From Macrostomum lignano (taxonomy: Eukaryota): a stretch of 64,000 nt of DNA. Shown here in pieces: positions 1 to 11,900 of this stretch (positions are counted from its first letter, which is position 1; each line of letters starts with the position of its first letter). The position numbers and the translations under genes were made by a program. The notes beneath the pieces were generated by a model. It ran no database searches. It saw only the letters and a list, made by a program, of their open reading frames with translations, and was not told the DNA's origin. The DNA is taken from NCBI GenBank assembly GCA_002269645.1, contig NIVC01000838.1:62001-126000 (forward strand), given 5' to 3'.

Positions 1-2
1 TT

Positions 3-2027
3 GCACTTGACGACGCCGGCCTGGCGCGCGATGGTCCCGCGCTCTGCCAACAGCTGGCTAAACTTTTAGCTCCGCCTGGCGCGAAATATCGCCGCCAAAT
101 TAGCAAAGCTACTACTATTAGTAGCGCTAGTAATAATATTGATAAAAATTCTGCTGTGCCGCAAGCCTGCGCAGCCGCTGCCCGCCTGCTGTGCCGAGCG
201 GCCGCCCAGCCTGGCCTGGCCCGGGATCTGGCCGCCTCCGCTGCCTCCCTGCCTCGCCTTGTCGACCACCTGGCAGCCAGGATTCGATCCTCGTCGACTA
301 ATTTCGCCGAAATTCTCTGGCTGGCCCCGGCGATGGAGTGCGCGATTCAGCGGTTCCCCGCCCAGTGCGGCCACGTTCGCGGCCGCCTCGAGGGCGCCCT
401 GATCCGCCTGTTGGACCTTCAGCCGCGGCTTGACGATGCCGGGGCTGCCGAAGTCGCCGCCGTCTCTGCGGCTGCCGAGAGGCTGTGGTCGCTGCTGCCA
501 AAGCTCGGCAGCTTGTCGGCCGAAGATCGAGCCACCCGATGGTCGGAGCTTCACGCCAGGTGTCTTGACGCTCTGGACTCTTGCCTGCGGAGGATGGCGG
601 ACTGCGCCGGCGGTAGCGGCTTTGTTGGCGAAGACTCCGGCCAGCAGCAGCATGCATCGCCGGTCCCCCCTTCGGCGTCAGCTGCCGGCCTTCTGGCGGG
701 TCTGCCGCCGATTCTCGCCGATTCGGCCGGCGTCCGAGCCTGCGTCCGGCGCGCCGCCGGCCTGCTGGCTGCCGTCCGGGCGCTGCTCGACTGTCCGGCC
801 CAGCTGACCGTTGCTGCCGACGTTGGCGCCGCCGCCGACCTGGCCGAACGGCTGGTTTCTATGAGGCCGTCGGCCGCTACTAGCGAGGCTCGTTGCCTAG
901 CAACCGAACTTCCCTCAGCTCAGGTTGAAGCAAATCGACTATTGAGCCGCCTAGCCGGGATGCTGGGCCTCGGCGCGTGCCTCATCAGTCCGCAACTGGC
1001 TGGCGCGTTGCACGCCAGCTTGGAAGCGCCGATGTCTGGGCCGCTGCGGCTGGCGGCCTATGAGCTTCTGGCCGCCTGGCTGGACAGCGGCCGCTCCGTG
1101 GCCGACCTCGCCCTGCTGCCCGGCGGCGGACTTCGCGGCCTCGTTCAGTGCCGTCTCGTGCCGGACGCCGCCGCTGCCGTTCTGGCCCGGCCGGACGTTG
1201 AACTTGTCCAGCTTGTTGACGTTGACGTTCTTGACCGGCGTCGGAGCTGCGGAGCGGCGGCGCTGCGCTGCCTCGCCCGCTTAGTTGAAGACTTCCGCCC
1301 GGAGCCGGCCGTGGCCCGCCTGCTGTGGCGCCGGCTGGCCGGTCCGCTTGCCGGCCGCCTGGTGTCCGGGGCCCGTCCGGCTCCGACAGCCGACCTGGCC
1401 GAATCTGTGGCCGAGTTTCTATCCGCCCTTGGCCGATGCCCGCTGCCCTGCCGTCCCTGGCCAGTGGAGCTGCTGGCGCTGGCTTTGAGACGCCTGGGCG
1501 GAGCTGCCGCCAGGCGGCCGCTGGACGGCCTGCGCGACCGCCTGAGCGTCTGGGCGAGTCCGCCGCTCTGGACTGACGGCGCGACAGAGGAGACGGTCGG
1601 CCCGCCGGTCGGAGCTGACGACGGTGAGATTGATGAGGAAGCCACGGCAGAGGCTGGATCTCGGCCTCGTCCGCAGCCGCTGCCACCGCTGCCCCAGGAG
1701 AAACCCGTTGAAGAAGAGGCAGCAGCAGCTCAAAGCGACACCGAAGATGACGATGAGGATGACAGGCCGCCGCCGGCTAAGATTGCTCGACTGTCCGTCT
1801 CGGCTGATGAAGGAGAATCTAACGAGGACACTGAAGCTGAGGATGAAGCTGAGGCTGACGAAGATGAAGCGTTTTTAACCGCCGACAGTCAGGTGGACTC
1901 GCAGCAGGAGACGCAGCGGGCTGCAGCAACAGACGGCTCTGCTGGCGGCGTTGAGTTGCAGTCAGTCAAGCCGGAGGGAGGGCCGAGCGTTATGGAAATG
2001 CTAGACAGCTTTGTCGATAACGACTGA
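3..2027 (+). CDS. PELP1: PELP1 / Rix1-like protein (rixosome, ribosome biogenesis), 5' end lies upstream of the window
   Basis: The frame of ORF 156..2027 is open back to position 3 (ALDDAGLARD...). MECAIQRFPAQCGHVRGRL resembles PELP1 ACMTYFPRACGSLKGKL, and LRLAAYELLAAWL resembles VRTKVYAILELWV. Many LxxLL-like helices precede a Pro-rich then Glu/Asp-rich tail. No introns seen. Confidence 0.8.
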   Translation, partial: ALDDAGLARDGPALCQQLAKLLAPPGAKYRRQISKATTISSASNNIDKNSAVPQACAAAARLLCRAAAQPGLARDLAASAASLPRLVDHLAARIRSSSTNFAEILWLAPAMECAIQRFPAQCGHVRGRLEGALIRLLDLQPRLDDAGAAEVAAVSAAAERLWSLLPKLGSLSAEDRATRWSELHARCLDALDSCLRRMADCAGGSGFVGEDSGQQQHASPVPPSASAAGLLAGLPPILADSAGVRACVRRAAGLLAAVRALLDCPAQLTVAADVGAAADLAERLVSMRPSAATSEARCLATELPSAQVEANRLLSRLAGMLGLGACLISPQLAGALHASLEAPMSGPLRLAAYELLAAWLDSGRSVADLALLPGGGLRGLVQCRLVPDAAAAVLARPDVELVQLVDVDVLDRRRSCGAAALRCLARLVEDFRPEPAVARLLWRRLAGPLAGRLVSGARPAPTADLAESVAEFLSALGRCPLPCRPWPVELLALALRRLGGAAARRPLDGLRDRLSVWASPPLWTDGATEETVGPPVGADDGEIDEEATAEAGSRPRPQPLPPLPQEKPVEEEAAAAQSDTEDDDEDDRPPPAKIARLSVSADEGESNEDTEAEDEAEADEDEAFLTADSQVDSQQETQRAAATDGSAGGVELQSVKPEGGPSVMEMLDSFVDND

Positions 2028-2149
2028 CAGTGGACTGTTTGTTGACCAGCCAAATATGCGTTTGTGTGGATGTTTGTGCATTGCGTCAGTGCGTTGATGA
2101 TCTGTTAGTTGTCCTTAAATCGCCCAGAAGATCAGCTGGAAATATCTTT

Positions 2150-2840
2150 CTTAGAATCGCCCTGAAATGCCCCTCTAGAATCGGTGCGAAATACCCCTCT
2201 AGAATCAGTCCAAAATACCCCTCTAGAATCGGTCCAAAACACCCCTCTTGAATTGGTGCAAAATACCCCTCTAGAATCAGTCCAAAATACCCCTCTAGAA
2301 TCAGTCCAAAATACCCCTCAAAATCGGTTCAAAATACCCCTCTAATATCGGTCCAAAATACCCCTGTAGAATCGGTTCAAAATACCCCTCTAGAATCGAT
2401 GCAAAATACCCCTCTAGAACCGGTCCAAAATACCCCTCAAAATCGGTTCAAAATACTCTATAATCGTCCGAAATATCCCTCTGAATGGTGTTCAAATTTC
2501 CCCTCTTAAGTTGTCCCAAAATATCCTCTAGAATTGTTCAAAATTCTTCTCTATAATTGTCCCAGGATACCCCTCTAGAATCGCCTCAAAAATACCCCTT
2601 TACAATGGCCTCAAAAATACCCGTCTACAATCGCCTCAAAAATACCCATCTACAATCGCCTCAAAAATACCCGTCTACAATGGCCTAAAAAATACCCCTC
2701 TACAATCGCCTCAAAAGTACCCATCTACAATGGCCTAAAAATACCCCTCTACAATCGCCTCAAAAATACCCCTCTACAATCGCCTCAAAAATACCCCTCT
2801 ACAATCGCCTCAAAAATACCACTTTGGAATCGCCCTTAAA
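2150..2840. repeat. 24-25 bp minisatellite (aaatacccctctagaatcggtcca, grading into aaaatacccctctacaatcgcctc)
   Basis: Visible tandem units downstream of the PELP1 stop codon. Confidence 0.9.
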
Positions 2841-3156
2841 GCAGGGAAATTCAGTCTTTATCACCCGGAAAAGCAGAAAAGAAGTCTGCTAAACAATAAT
2901 TCGTCGCGTCTCTTCATTTGCTACTAATCTGTCAAGCCGGTAGTATAATTTGATTGTTAGCTTAATTTGTGTGTTATCAAAAAGTACAAATGGAAAATAT
3001 GCCAATCTCACGCATTTCTGAGTAACCTTTCTGAGTCTGGTATTTTTGCTTTATTTTTCTTTAAAATTGCTTCCTAGCTTCTAGTCAAAATCTTACTAAA
3101 TTCTAATTTTAGTTGTATTAACTGCAAAATTTGTCCTTCCACCATATATTTCTGTC

Positions 3157-5567
3157 ATGGCATTGCCGCACCTAAAAGTTCGCTATTCTACTTCCAAAGC
3201 CGTGTACGAGGACGCTATGGCGAGGCGTCGAGCCGCCGAGGACCAAAATAGGCAGGCCTGGGGCCAGGCGGTCAACTATTTCCATGCCAATGAGGTTCGA
3301 GCCACCAAACAGGCTCAGTGGACTTCCGATCGGGCTTTTCAGGACAGGTAAACAGACCCCACTGGTGATTTGGATTTTTAGAGTGGGCATTCTCAGAATT
3401 GCTGATCTAGCCCTAAATGCCAGTGGGTTGCTACTCTAGCCTACAATACAGTAGATGCAGAAATAGAATGGATTGCTAATCTAGCCAACATCCATATGAA
3501 GTGGATGTTGGAATGGATTGCTAATCTAGCCAACATCCATATGAAGTGACTGAATGGATTGCTAATCTAGCCAACATCCATATGAAGTGGATGTTGGAAT
3601 GGATTGCTAATCTAGCCTACAATAGATGCAGAAATAGAATGGACTGCTAGTCTAGCCAACATCCATATGAAGTGGATGTTGGAATAGATTGCTAATCTAG
3701 CCTACAATAGATGCAGAAATAGAATGGACTGCTAGTCTAGCCAAAAATAACTTTCTAATGATGAATATTTAGTTTAAGTTTCTGCTTAACATATATTTTA
3801 ATGACTGCAGCATAGTGCTGACAGTTAAGTCTCCCTGTTTCATTTGCCTCATTAAGGGATGCCATAAAGAGCCGAACTTGTCACTCATCACTCGGGGCTG
3901 CAGATCTATCAGCATTGCGGAGGTGCGTGCATAATGTGCAAGAGTTCCTAATTCTCGGCCACAATTCTTGGAATTCTGGTGGTACAAATAGCGGCCAAGA
4001 GACACAAAACGGGCTGTCAGTTTGGTGGGGAGGATCTCATACCAGCTCCTTGTTTACTGTATATCCTGACCGTCTTTGATATATCTCAACTTGTCAAGTA
4101 GAATTTTTTTACTTCGAATTGGGACACTGAGCTGATGATGAACTTTTGGAGATCGCCTGCAAATTGAATCAACCTCCGTCCTGACTCGAGGGGGGCGAGT
4201 TTTTGGCTGGGCGCTTTGCGGGAATTCTGCTTTTGCACTGCAGCTCATATTGTGCCCTTCAGAATATTCCCACTGTAATATCTTAGTAACTCCTGTACGA
4301 CCCTCAATGGTCCTTTTAAAGCGGCAGCGATAGTCTATGGCCAGCCCTGCTGACCAAGCCGGCAGGAACGGCTTTGCATAGCAGAGTGTTAAAGTGGCAG
4401 CGATAGTCTATGGCCAGCCCTGCTGACCAAGCCGACAGGAACGGATTTGCATAGCAGAGTGTGAAAGTGGCAGCGATAGTCTATGGCCAGCCCTGCTGAC
4501 CAAGCCGACAGGAACGGATTTGCATAGCAGAGTGTGAAAGTGGCAGCGATAGTCTATGGCCAGCCCTGTTGACCAAGCCGGCAGGAACGGCTTTGCATAG
4601 CAGAGTGTTGAAGTGGCAGCGATAGTCTATGGCCAGCCCTGCTGACCAAGCCGGCAGGAACGGCTTTGCATAGCAGAGTGTTAAAGTGGCAGCGATAGTC
4701 TATGGCCAGCCCTGCTGACCAAGCCGACAGGAACGGCTTTGCATAGCAGAGTGTGAAAGTGGCAGCGATAGTCTATGGCCAGCCCTGCTGACCAAGCCGG
4801 CAGGAACGATCTTGAAACCTTTTGATACAGAATTTTTTTTATTTCCAGCCAATTTTCAGGAAACCAGTCTCATATGAAAGAGCAGATTATTAAAAAAAAG
4901 CGTAAGATATGAATCAACAATTGGGACAAAAATCCATGTCGCATCCATGTCTTCAGTGTTTCCTGAATGATCATAAACAGTCCTTAAAACACCTTTTAAC
5001 CGTCGCTAGGGATAAGTCCTTGGTAAGTTCAGTGTATTCCAGCTTAGCGCAACCCATTAAAATAGAGTGGATACTTTCTACGCTATCAAATGTACTTTTA
5101 CTAGTTTGCCAATCTTCGGCTTTGCTTAGCAAGCAAGCGCTAACTTATGTTGCTGCTCACGCGTTGGTGTACAGCCAGCGTCAACGAATGCTTCCCAGTC
5201 CGGCTAACAGGGATGCACAGTGGCTGGGGGGATGCTCTTCAGCCGCGGAAGATAAAAACCCAATCCTGTTCTGGCTGGGGCGAGGCCAATTCCCGTCGGA
5301 AATCTCTCATTCATTAATTATTTATGAAAACAGGGGCGCTGACAGTTCAAGTCCCGGTTGCACTGGCTGCTGGGGGCAGAGGGAGAGGGGCGCCAATCAG
5401 CGCCTGACTTTCATGCGAGCCCCGCATCCGCCAGCTGCGACTGTTTCACTTCTCAGTCTCTGGCTTGATCTTTTCCTTGCCTTGATCTGTTTTTCTCGGA
5501 CATGGAATTCTAGATATAACTGACTTAGAGTTCTGTCTTTCATCTTCGCCTCCGGTCTGTCTGTCTA

Positions 5568-5638
<71 letters not shown>

Positions 5639-5735
5639 GCCTGCCTGTCTGTCTGTCTGTCTGTCTATCTGTCTGTCTGTCTTAGTGTCTGTCTGTCTGT
5701 CTGTCTGTCTGCCTGCCTGTCTGTCTGTCTGTCTA

Positions 5736-5810
<75 letters not shown>

Positions 5811-5853
5811 GCCTGCCTGTCTGTCTGTCTGTCTATCTGTCTGTCTGTCTTAG

Positions 5854-5924
<71 letters not shown>

Positions 5925-8900
5925 GCATCTATCTATCATTCAACAATCGAATTGAAGTAGCAACATCAGGCAGGAACTAGCATAAAAGTATGCCATCCAT
6001 ATTTAACAACGCCCAGAGCCGAGTCTGGTCTCCCCTGCTCGATAATATTCTGTCATTATTTCACGCCAGCAGGAGCGCACTCAGCCGCATTATTCAAGTT
6101 TATCTATTTATCCAAAATTTGGCTTGAGTAATCTAATCTTCTATCTCTTATCGTCTCACCCTCTGCCTCTCGTCGAGGTCTGCCTGTGTTTATTAGTCGC
6201 CGCTGACTCGGGAGTGCTCTCGACTCTAATGCTAGAGCTCAGAGGCAGTCGGCTCCGAAGTCAATAGGCACTTCGAATGCATTAGAGTTGAAGAGTGTGC
6301 GGCCCCCCCCACTGTCTGTTTGAACTGTAATTCTAATTTGCATATTTTGCTTCAAGTTGATCTTCCCGTTTGATATTTTATTGGGGGTCAATAAACTTTT
6401 TAGACTGAGAAGTGGCTTGCAAGTCGAAGGTGTTACAAGCGAATTTTGCTCAAACCAGCGGCTGGAGATAGTGTAGGATGAAAGGCGAAAGTTGAAGGTC
6501 CTGGTGCTTTGTGTCTCTTTGAACACTGACCCTACCAATTTGTGTGAAATCTCATACGTCTCAATCATTCCTAGTTTTCAAAATAGAGATTTTATCTGTG
6601 TTAACAGCACCTTTCTATCGATTCTTGCACTCGTTAGAGTGACTTCACTTGAGCCTCTGGAGAGATCTCAGCTTTTTTATTGTGAGATCACATTTCAGCC
6701 ATTGTGAGATCTGATCTCAGTCATTGTGGGATCTCATCTCAATCATTGTGAAATCCCATATCTACCATTGTGAGATCTCATCTCAGTCATTGTGGGATCT
6801 CATCTCAATCATTGTGAAATCCCATATCTACCATTGTGAGATCTCATCTCTTCCATTGTAAGATCTCATCTCAGTCATTGTGGGATCTCAATCATTGTGG
6901 GATCTCAATCATTGTGAGATCTCATCTCAGTCATTGTGGGATCTCAGTCATTTTGAGACCTCATCTCTACCATTGTGAGATCTCACCTCAATCATTGTGA
7001 GATCTCATCTCAGTCATTTTGAGATTTCATCTCTTCCATTGTGAGATCTCATCTCTACCATTGTGAGATCTCACCTCAGTCATTGTGGGATCTCAATCAT
7101 TGTGAGATCTCATCTCAGTCATTGTGAGATCTCATCTCTACCATTGTGAGGTCTCACCTCAGTCATTGTGGGATCTCAGTCATTTTGAGACCTCATCTCT
7201 ACCATTGTGAGATCTCACCTCAGTCATTGTGGGATCTCAATCATTGTGAGATCTCATCTCAGTTATTTTGAGATCTCATCTCTTCCATTGTGAGATCTCA
7301 TCTCTACCATTGTGAGATCTCACCTCAGTCATTGTGGGATCTCAATCATTGTGAGATCTCATCTCAGTCATTTTGAGATTTCATCTCTTCCATTGTGAGA
7401 TCTCATCTCTACCATTGTGAGATCTCACCTCAGTCATTGTGGGATCTCAATCATTGTGAGATCTCATCTCAGTCATTGTGAGATCTCATCTCTACCATTG
7501 TGAGATCTCACCTCAGTCATTGTGGGATCTCAATCATTGTGAGATCTCATCTCAGTCATTTTGAGATCTCATCTCTTCCATTGTGGGATCTTATCTCGAC
7601 CATTGGGAGATCTCATCTCTATCATTAGGAAATCTCATATCTACCATTGGGAGATCTCATCTCTATCATTAGGAAATCTCATATCTACCATTGGGAGATC
7701 TCATCTCTATCATTAGGAAATCTCATATCTACCATTGGAAGATCTCATCTCTATAATTGAAAGATCTCATCTCTATAATTCGGAAATCCCATCTCTATCT
7801 TACATAGAATAGCATCCTCCCTTCTTCCGAACTGTCTTGTTGATTATTTCTGCTAAATCGTTCAGAACTTTTCAATTTTATGCTTGGCGTGTCTTTGTAA
7901 ATCGATATAAAGTTCAAACAATTCCAAAGCTTTAAATCCTTTTCCCCTCAAAGGGATATGCAAATGTTGCACAATTTATTCCTTGGGAGATAAATTTTAA
8001 CTGAGCTTGGGTCAAGGCGTAGGCGAGGGGTCTTATGGGGGTCATGTGACCTCACCCCCTGTCAGAGAACTGACCATCTGAATGGTTCCTGTGCTCTCCC
8101 ACAGTGCTATATTGATTAGTTAAGCCTGTATGAGGGATTTGACCAATTCTGCAAATCAAGACAACAGCGAGAAGGCAAGCAGGCACCCGCTCACTCAGGG
8201 TGTACAGCGAAGTCCCCTGACTTCCTCACCGTCAGGCATGTACCCTCCTCGGGCCAATTTTTTTCTCACGAGCCCCAAATTAATGCGGCCGCGGACCTGA
8301 GTCCTTGGACGCGAGGGTTGGACGCGTCTACCTGTGCAACTTAGGATATGTGTTATCTTCCACTAAATCGGGGTAAACGGCGGGAGTAACTTAACTGTCC
8401 TTCGATATTTAAATGCCTCGTCATCTAATTAGTGCTTTGCAATACCTGCAAAACACTATGATGAGTTTTTTCTATGTGCGCCGAACGCCGTCCTCCAAAA
8501 ACCCCATCACAAAATCCACTGGTTGCGCCTTTGCAGCCTTACCTTTCGCGTCCCAGTCCTCGTCGCTGCCAGACGAGTCAATGTCTCTGAAGGCATTGGC
8601 CAGGGTCAGCATGATAACTGCGTGTGTGCGATCGGCCTTTGCTCCTCACTGGTGTATCAAGTTGGCCACTTTTTATATATATATGTCTGTGTGCGTACAT
8701 GTAGCTTCCACTGCTCTGTATGAGGATAAGTTGTTTGCGCCGATCCCAGCTCTGGTCCCAGCCAATTGCAATTCCAGCTGAGGCGGTTGGGCCCCGCCCG
8801 GCTCATCTAGTCAGGTTTTTTCAGTTAGGCCCTGCTGTATGCAAGGGCGGGAGTTGGGTTTTTTGTTATTTTTATTGTTATCCAGTCAGTGTTGGCTTGT

Positions 8901-11900
8901 AGCTGTTGTTTAAAAATTCATAATATTAATTTCTCTTAGTTTTTGGCCGACTCTGCTGCTTCTAGCACTAATTTGTATAGGTTTCTACATGTATACCTCC
9001 TAGCTGTGTCCTTTTCACTATACTTAACCCGTTATTTCTGGCTCTGGACCTTCACCTCTTCCCTCTTCCACCCCTTCCTCCCTCTTCCACCCCCTCCTCT
9101 TCCGCCCTTCCCTCTTCCACCCCTTCCTCTTCCGCCCCTCCCTCTTCCACCCCTTCCTCTTCCGCCCTTCCTCCCTCTTCCGCCCCTTCCTCTTCCGCCC
9201 CTTCCTCTTCCGCCCCTTCCTCCCTCTTCCGCCCCTTCCTCTTCCGCCCCTTCTTCTTCCGCCCCTTCCTCTTCCGCCCCTCCCTCTTCCACCCCTTCCT
9301 CTTCCGCCCCTTCCTCCCTCTTCCGCCCCTTCCTCTTCCGCCCCTTCCTCTTCCGCCCCTTCCTCTTCCGCCCTTCCTCTTCCGGTCCCTCTTCCGCCCA
9401 TTCCCCCTCGTTCCCCAATTTATTCCAATTAGAAATAAATACCTCGCCACCGCTCGTTGGTTATAAAAGTTAAAGCCCTACACTTTGCCTCTGTACGCAA
9501 CGCTGCCAGTAGATTTCAATCCCCCCTTGTCTGGGAGAGCTGCACAGGTTCAAATATTTGCTCACAAAATTTATATAATTTGCCAAACTTACTTCCCTGT
9601 GTCTATATGCGTACGGCAGCGCGGTCTGCAGCTCTGTCTCTTCCTGTGTCAACAGCCGACTCTATGCATCTTATTTTTGCCCCAATGCTGAATTTATCAA
9701 ATAGCAGCTCGGATTTCTTTGTTTATAAGTTTGATGCTGCACTTGATAGGCAGGGCAGATAGTGACAGGTGGATAGGGCAGTTATCAGCCAGTAGATAGG
9801 GCAGTTATCAATCAATAGACAGGGCAGATATCAGTCAGTAAACAAAGCAGATATCAGCCAGTAGACAGAGCAGATATCAGCCAGTAGACAGGGCAGATAT
9901 CAGCCAGTAGACAGGGCAGATATCAGCCAGTAGACAGGGCAGATATCAGCCAGTAGACAGGGCAGATGTCAGCCAGTAGACAGGGCAGATATCAGTCAGC
10001 AGACATGGCAGATATCAGCCAGTAGACATGGCAGATATCAGTCAGTAGACAGGGCAGATATCAGTCAGCAGACATGGCAGATATCAGTCAGCAGACATGG
10101 CAGATATCAGTCAGTAGACAGGGCAGATATCAGTCAGCAGACATGGCAGATATCAGTCAGTAGACATGGCAGATATCAGTCAGTAGACAGGGCAGATATC
10201 AGTCAGCAGACATGGCAGATATCAGTCAGTAGACATGGCAGATATCAGTCAGCAGACATGGCAGATATCAGTCAGTAGACATGGCAGATATCAGTCAGTA
10301 GACAGGGCAGATATCAGTCAGCAGACATGGCAGATATCAGCCAGTAGACAGGGCAGATATCAGCCAGTAGACAGGGCAGATATCAGTCAGTAGACAGGGC
10401 AGATATCAGCCAGTAGACAGGGCAGATATCAGCCAGTAGACATGGCAGATATCAGCCAGTAGACAGGGCAGATATCAGCCAGTAGACATGGCAGATATCA
10501 GCCAGTAGACATGGCAGATGTCAGTCAGTAGACAGGGCAGATATCAGTCAGCAGACAGGGCAGATATCAGCCAGTAGACATGGCAGATATCAGCCAGTAG
10601 ACAGGGCAGATATCAGCCAGTAGACAGGGCAGATATCAGCCAGTAGACATGGCAGATATCAGCCAGTAGACAGGGCAGATGTCAGTCAGTAGACAGGGCA
10701 GATATCAGTCAGCAGACAGGGCAGATATCAGCCAGTAGACATGGCAGATATCAGTCAGTAGACAGGGCAGATATCAGTCAGTAAACAGGGCAGATATCAG
10801 CCAGTAGACAGGGCAGATATCAGTCAGCAGACAGGGCAGATATCAGCCAGTAGACATGGCAGATATCAGCCAGTAGACAGGGCAGATATCAGCCAGTAGA
10901 CAGGGCAGATATCAGCCAGTAGACATGGCAGATATCAGCCAGTAGACAGGGCAGATATCAGCCAGTAGACAGGGCAGATATCAGCCAGTAGACATGGCAG
11001 ATATCAGCCAGTAGACAGGGCAGATGTCAGTCAGTAGACAGGGCAGATATCAGCCAGTAGACAGGGCAGATATCAGCCAGCAGACAGGGCAGATATCAGC
11101 CAGCAGACAGGGCAGATATCAGTCAGCAGACAGGGCAGATATCAGTCAGCCAGCAGACTCGCAGCGCCGCTCACCGCCTCCCCCATTCAGCATGAACGCA
11201 TTCCGGGCCGACAAGGACAAAGAGGCCAGGCAGCGCAAGCTGGAGCAGCGGCGCCTGCGGCTGGCTCGCCTGCTGGAGGCTGAACGGAAATACTTCCAGG
11301 TGAGATGGCGCTTCTTACTGGGCCTACTTCCAGTTGCACCTAACAGGTTTCAATCTAGATTCTGTATGTATAGACGCTCTTGAATAGCATACATCTTTTA
11401 TAGGTCATTCTCTAATTGAATATTCTTTGTGACCTTTCTTGACATCCGACCGATCCTGTAATGCATTCTCTTTGATTCTCTTCTTTCTCTTGGGGGCTTG
11501 CGCGTGCTTGAATTTGGCGAAAGCATTTTACTATCATGTTCCTCTGTTCAAATACTGGTTCTGGTTCTGGTTCTGGTTCTGGAATGAGTGTGTCAATAAC
11601 TGAGGGTGTCAGTATCTGGGAGTGCCAGTATCTGAGGGTGTCAGTAACTGGGAGTGTCAGTGTCTGAGGATGTCGGTATCTGAGGATGTCGGTATCTGAG
11701 GATGTCAGTATCTGAGGGTGTAAGTATCTGGGAGTGCCAGTATCTGAGGATGTCAGTATCTGAGGGTGTCAGTATCTGAGGGTGTCAGTGTCTGAGGATG
11801 TCAGTATCTCAGGGTGTAAGTATCTGGGAGTGCCAGTATCTGAGGGTGTCAGTATCTGAGGATGTCAGTATCTGAGGGTGTCAGTATCTGAGGGTGTCAG

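Noticed and set aside
3466-3745. Repeat-spacer-like pattern resembling a CRISPR array
   Set aside because: Only two alternating spacer types rather than unique spacers, a eukaryotic intron context, and no cas genes.
6239-6568. 109-aa minus-strand ORF in TCHP intron 1
   Set aside because: No recognisable domain or splice support, and its length is within chance expectation.
8015-8065. G-run/C-run segment (ggcgtaggcgagggg...ccccct) reminiscent of MITE subterminal sequence
   Set aside because: No matching inverted end or target-site duplication could be found.
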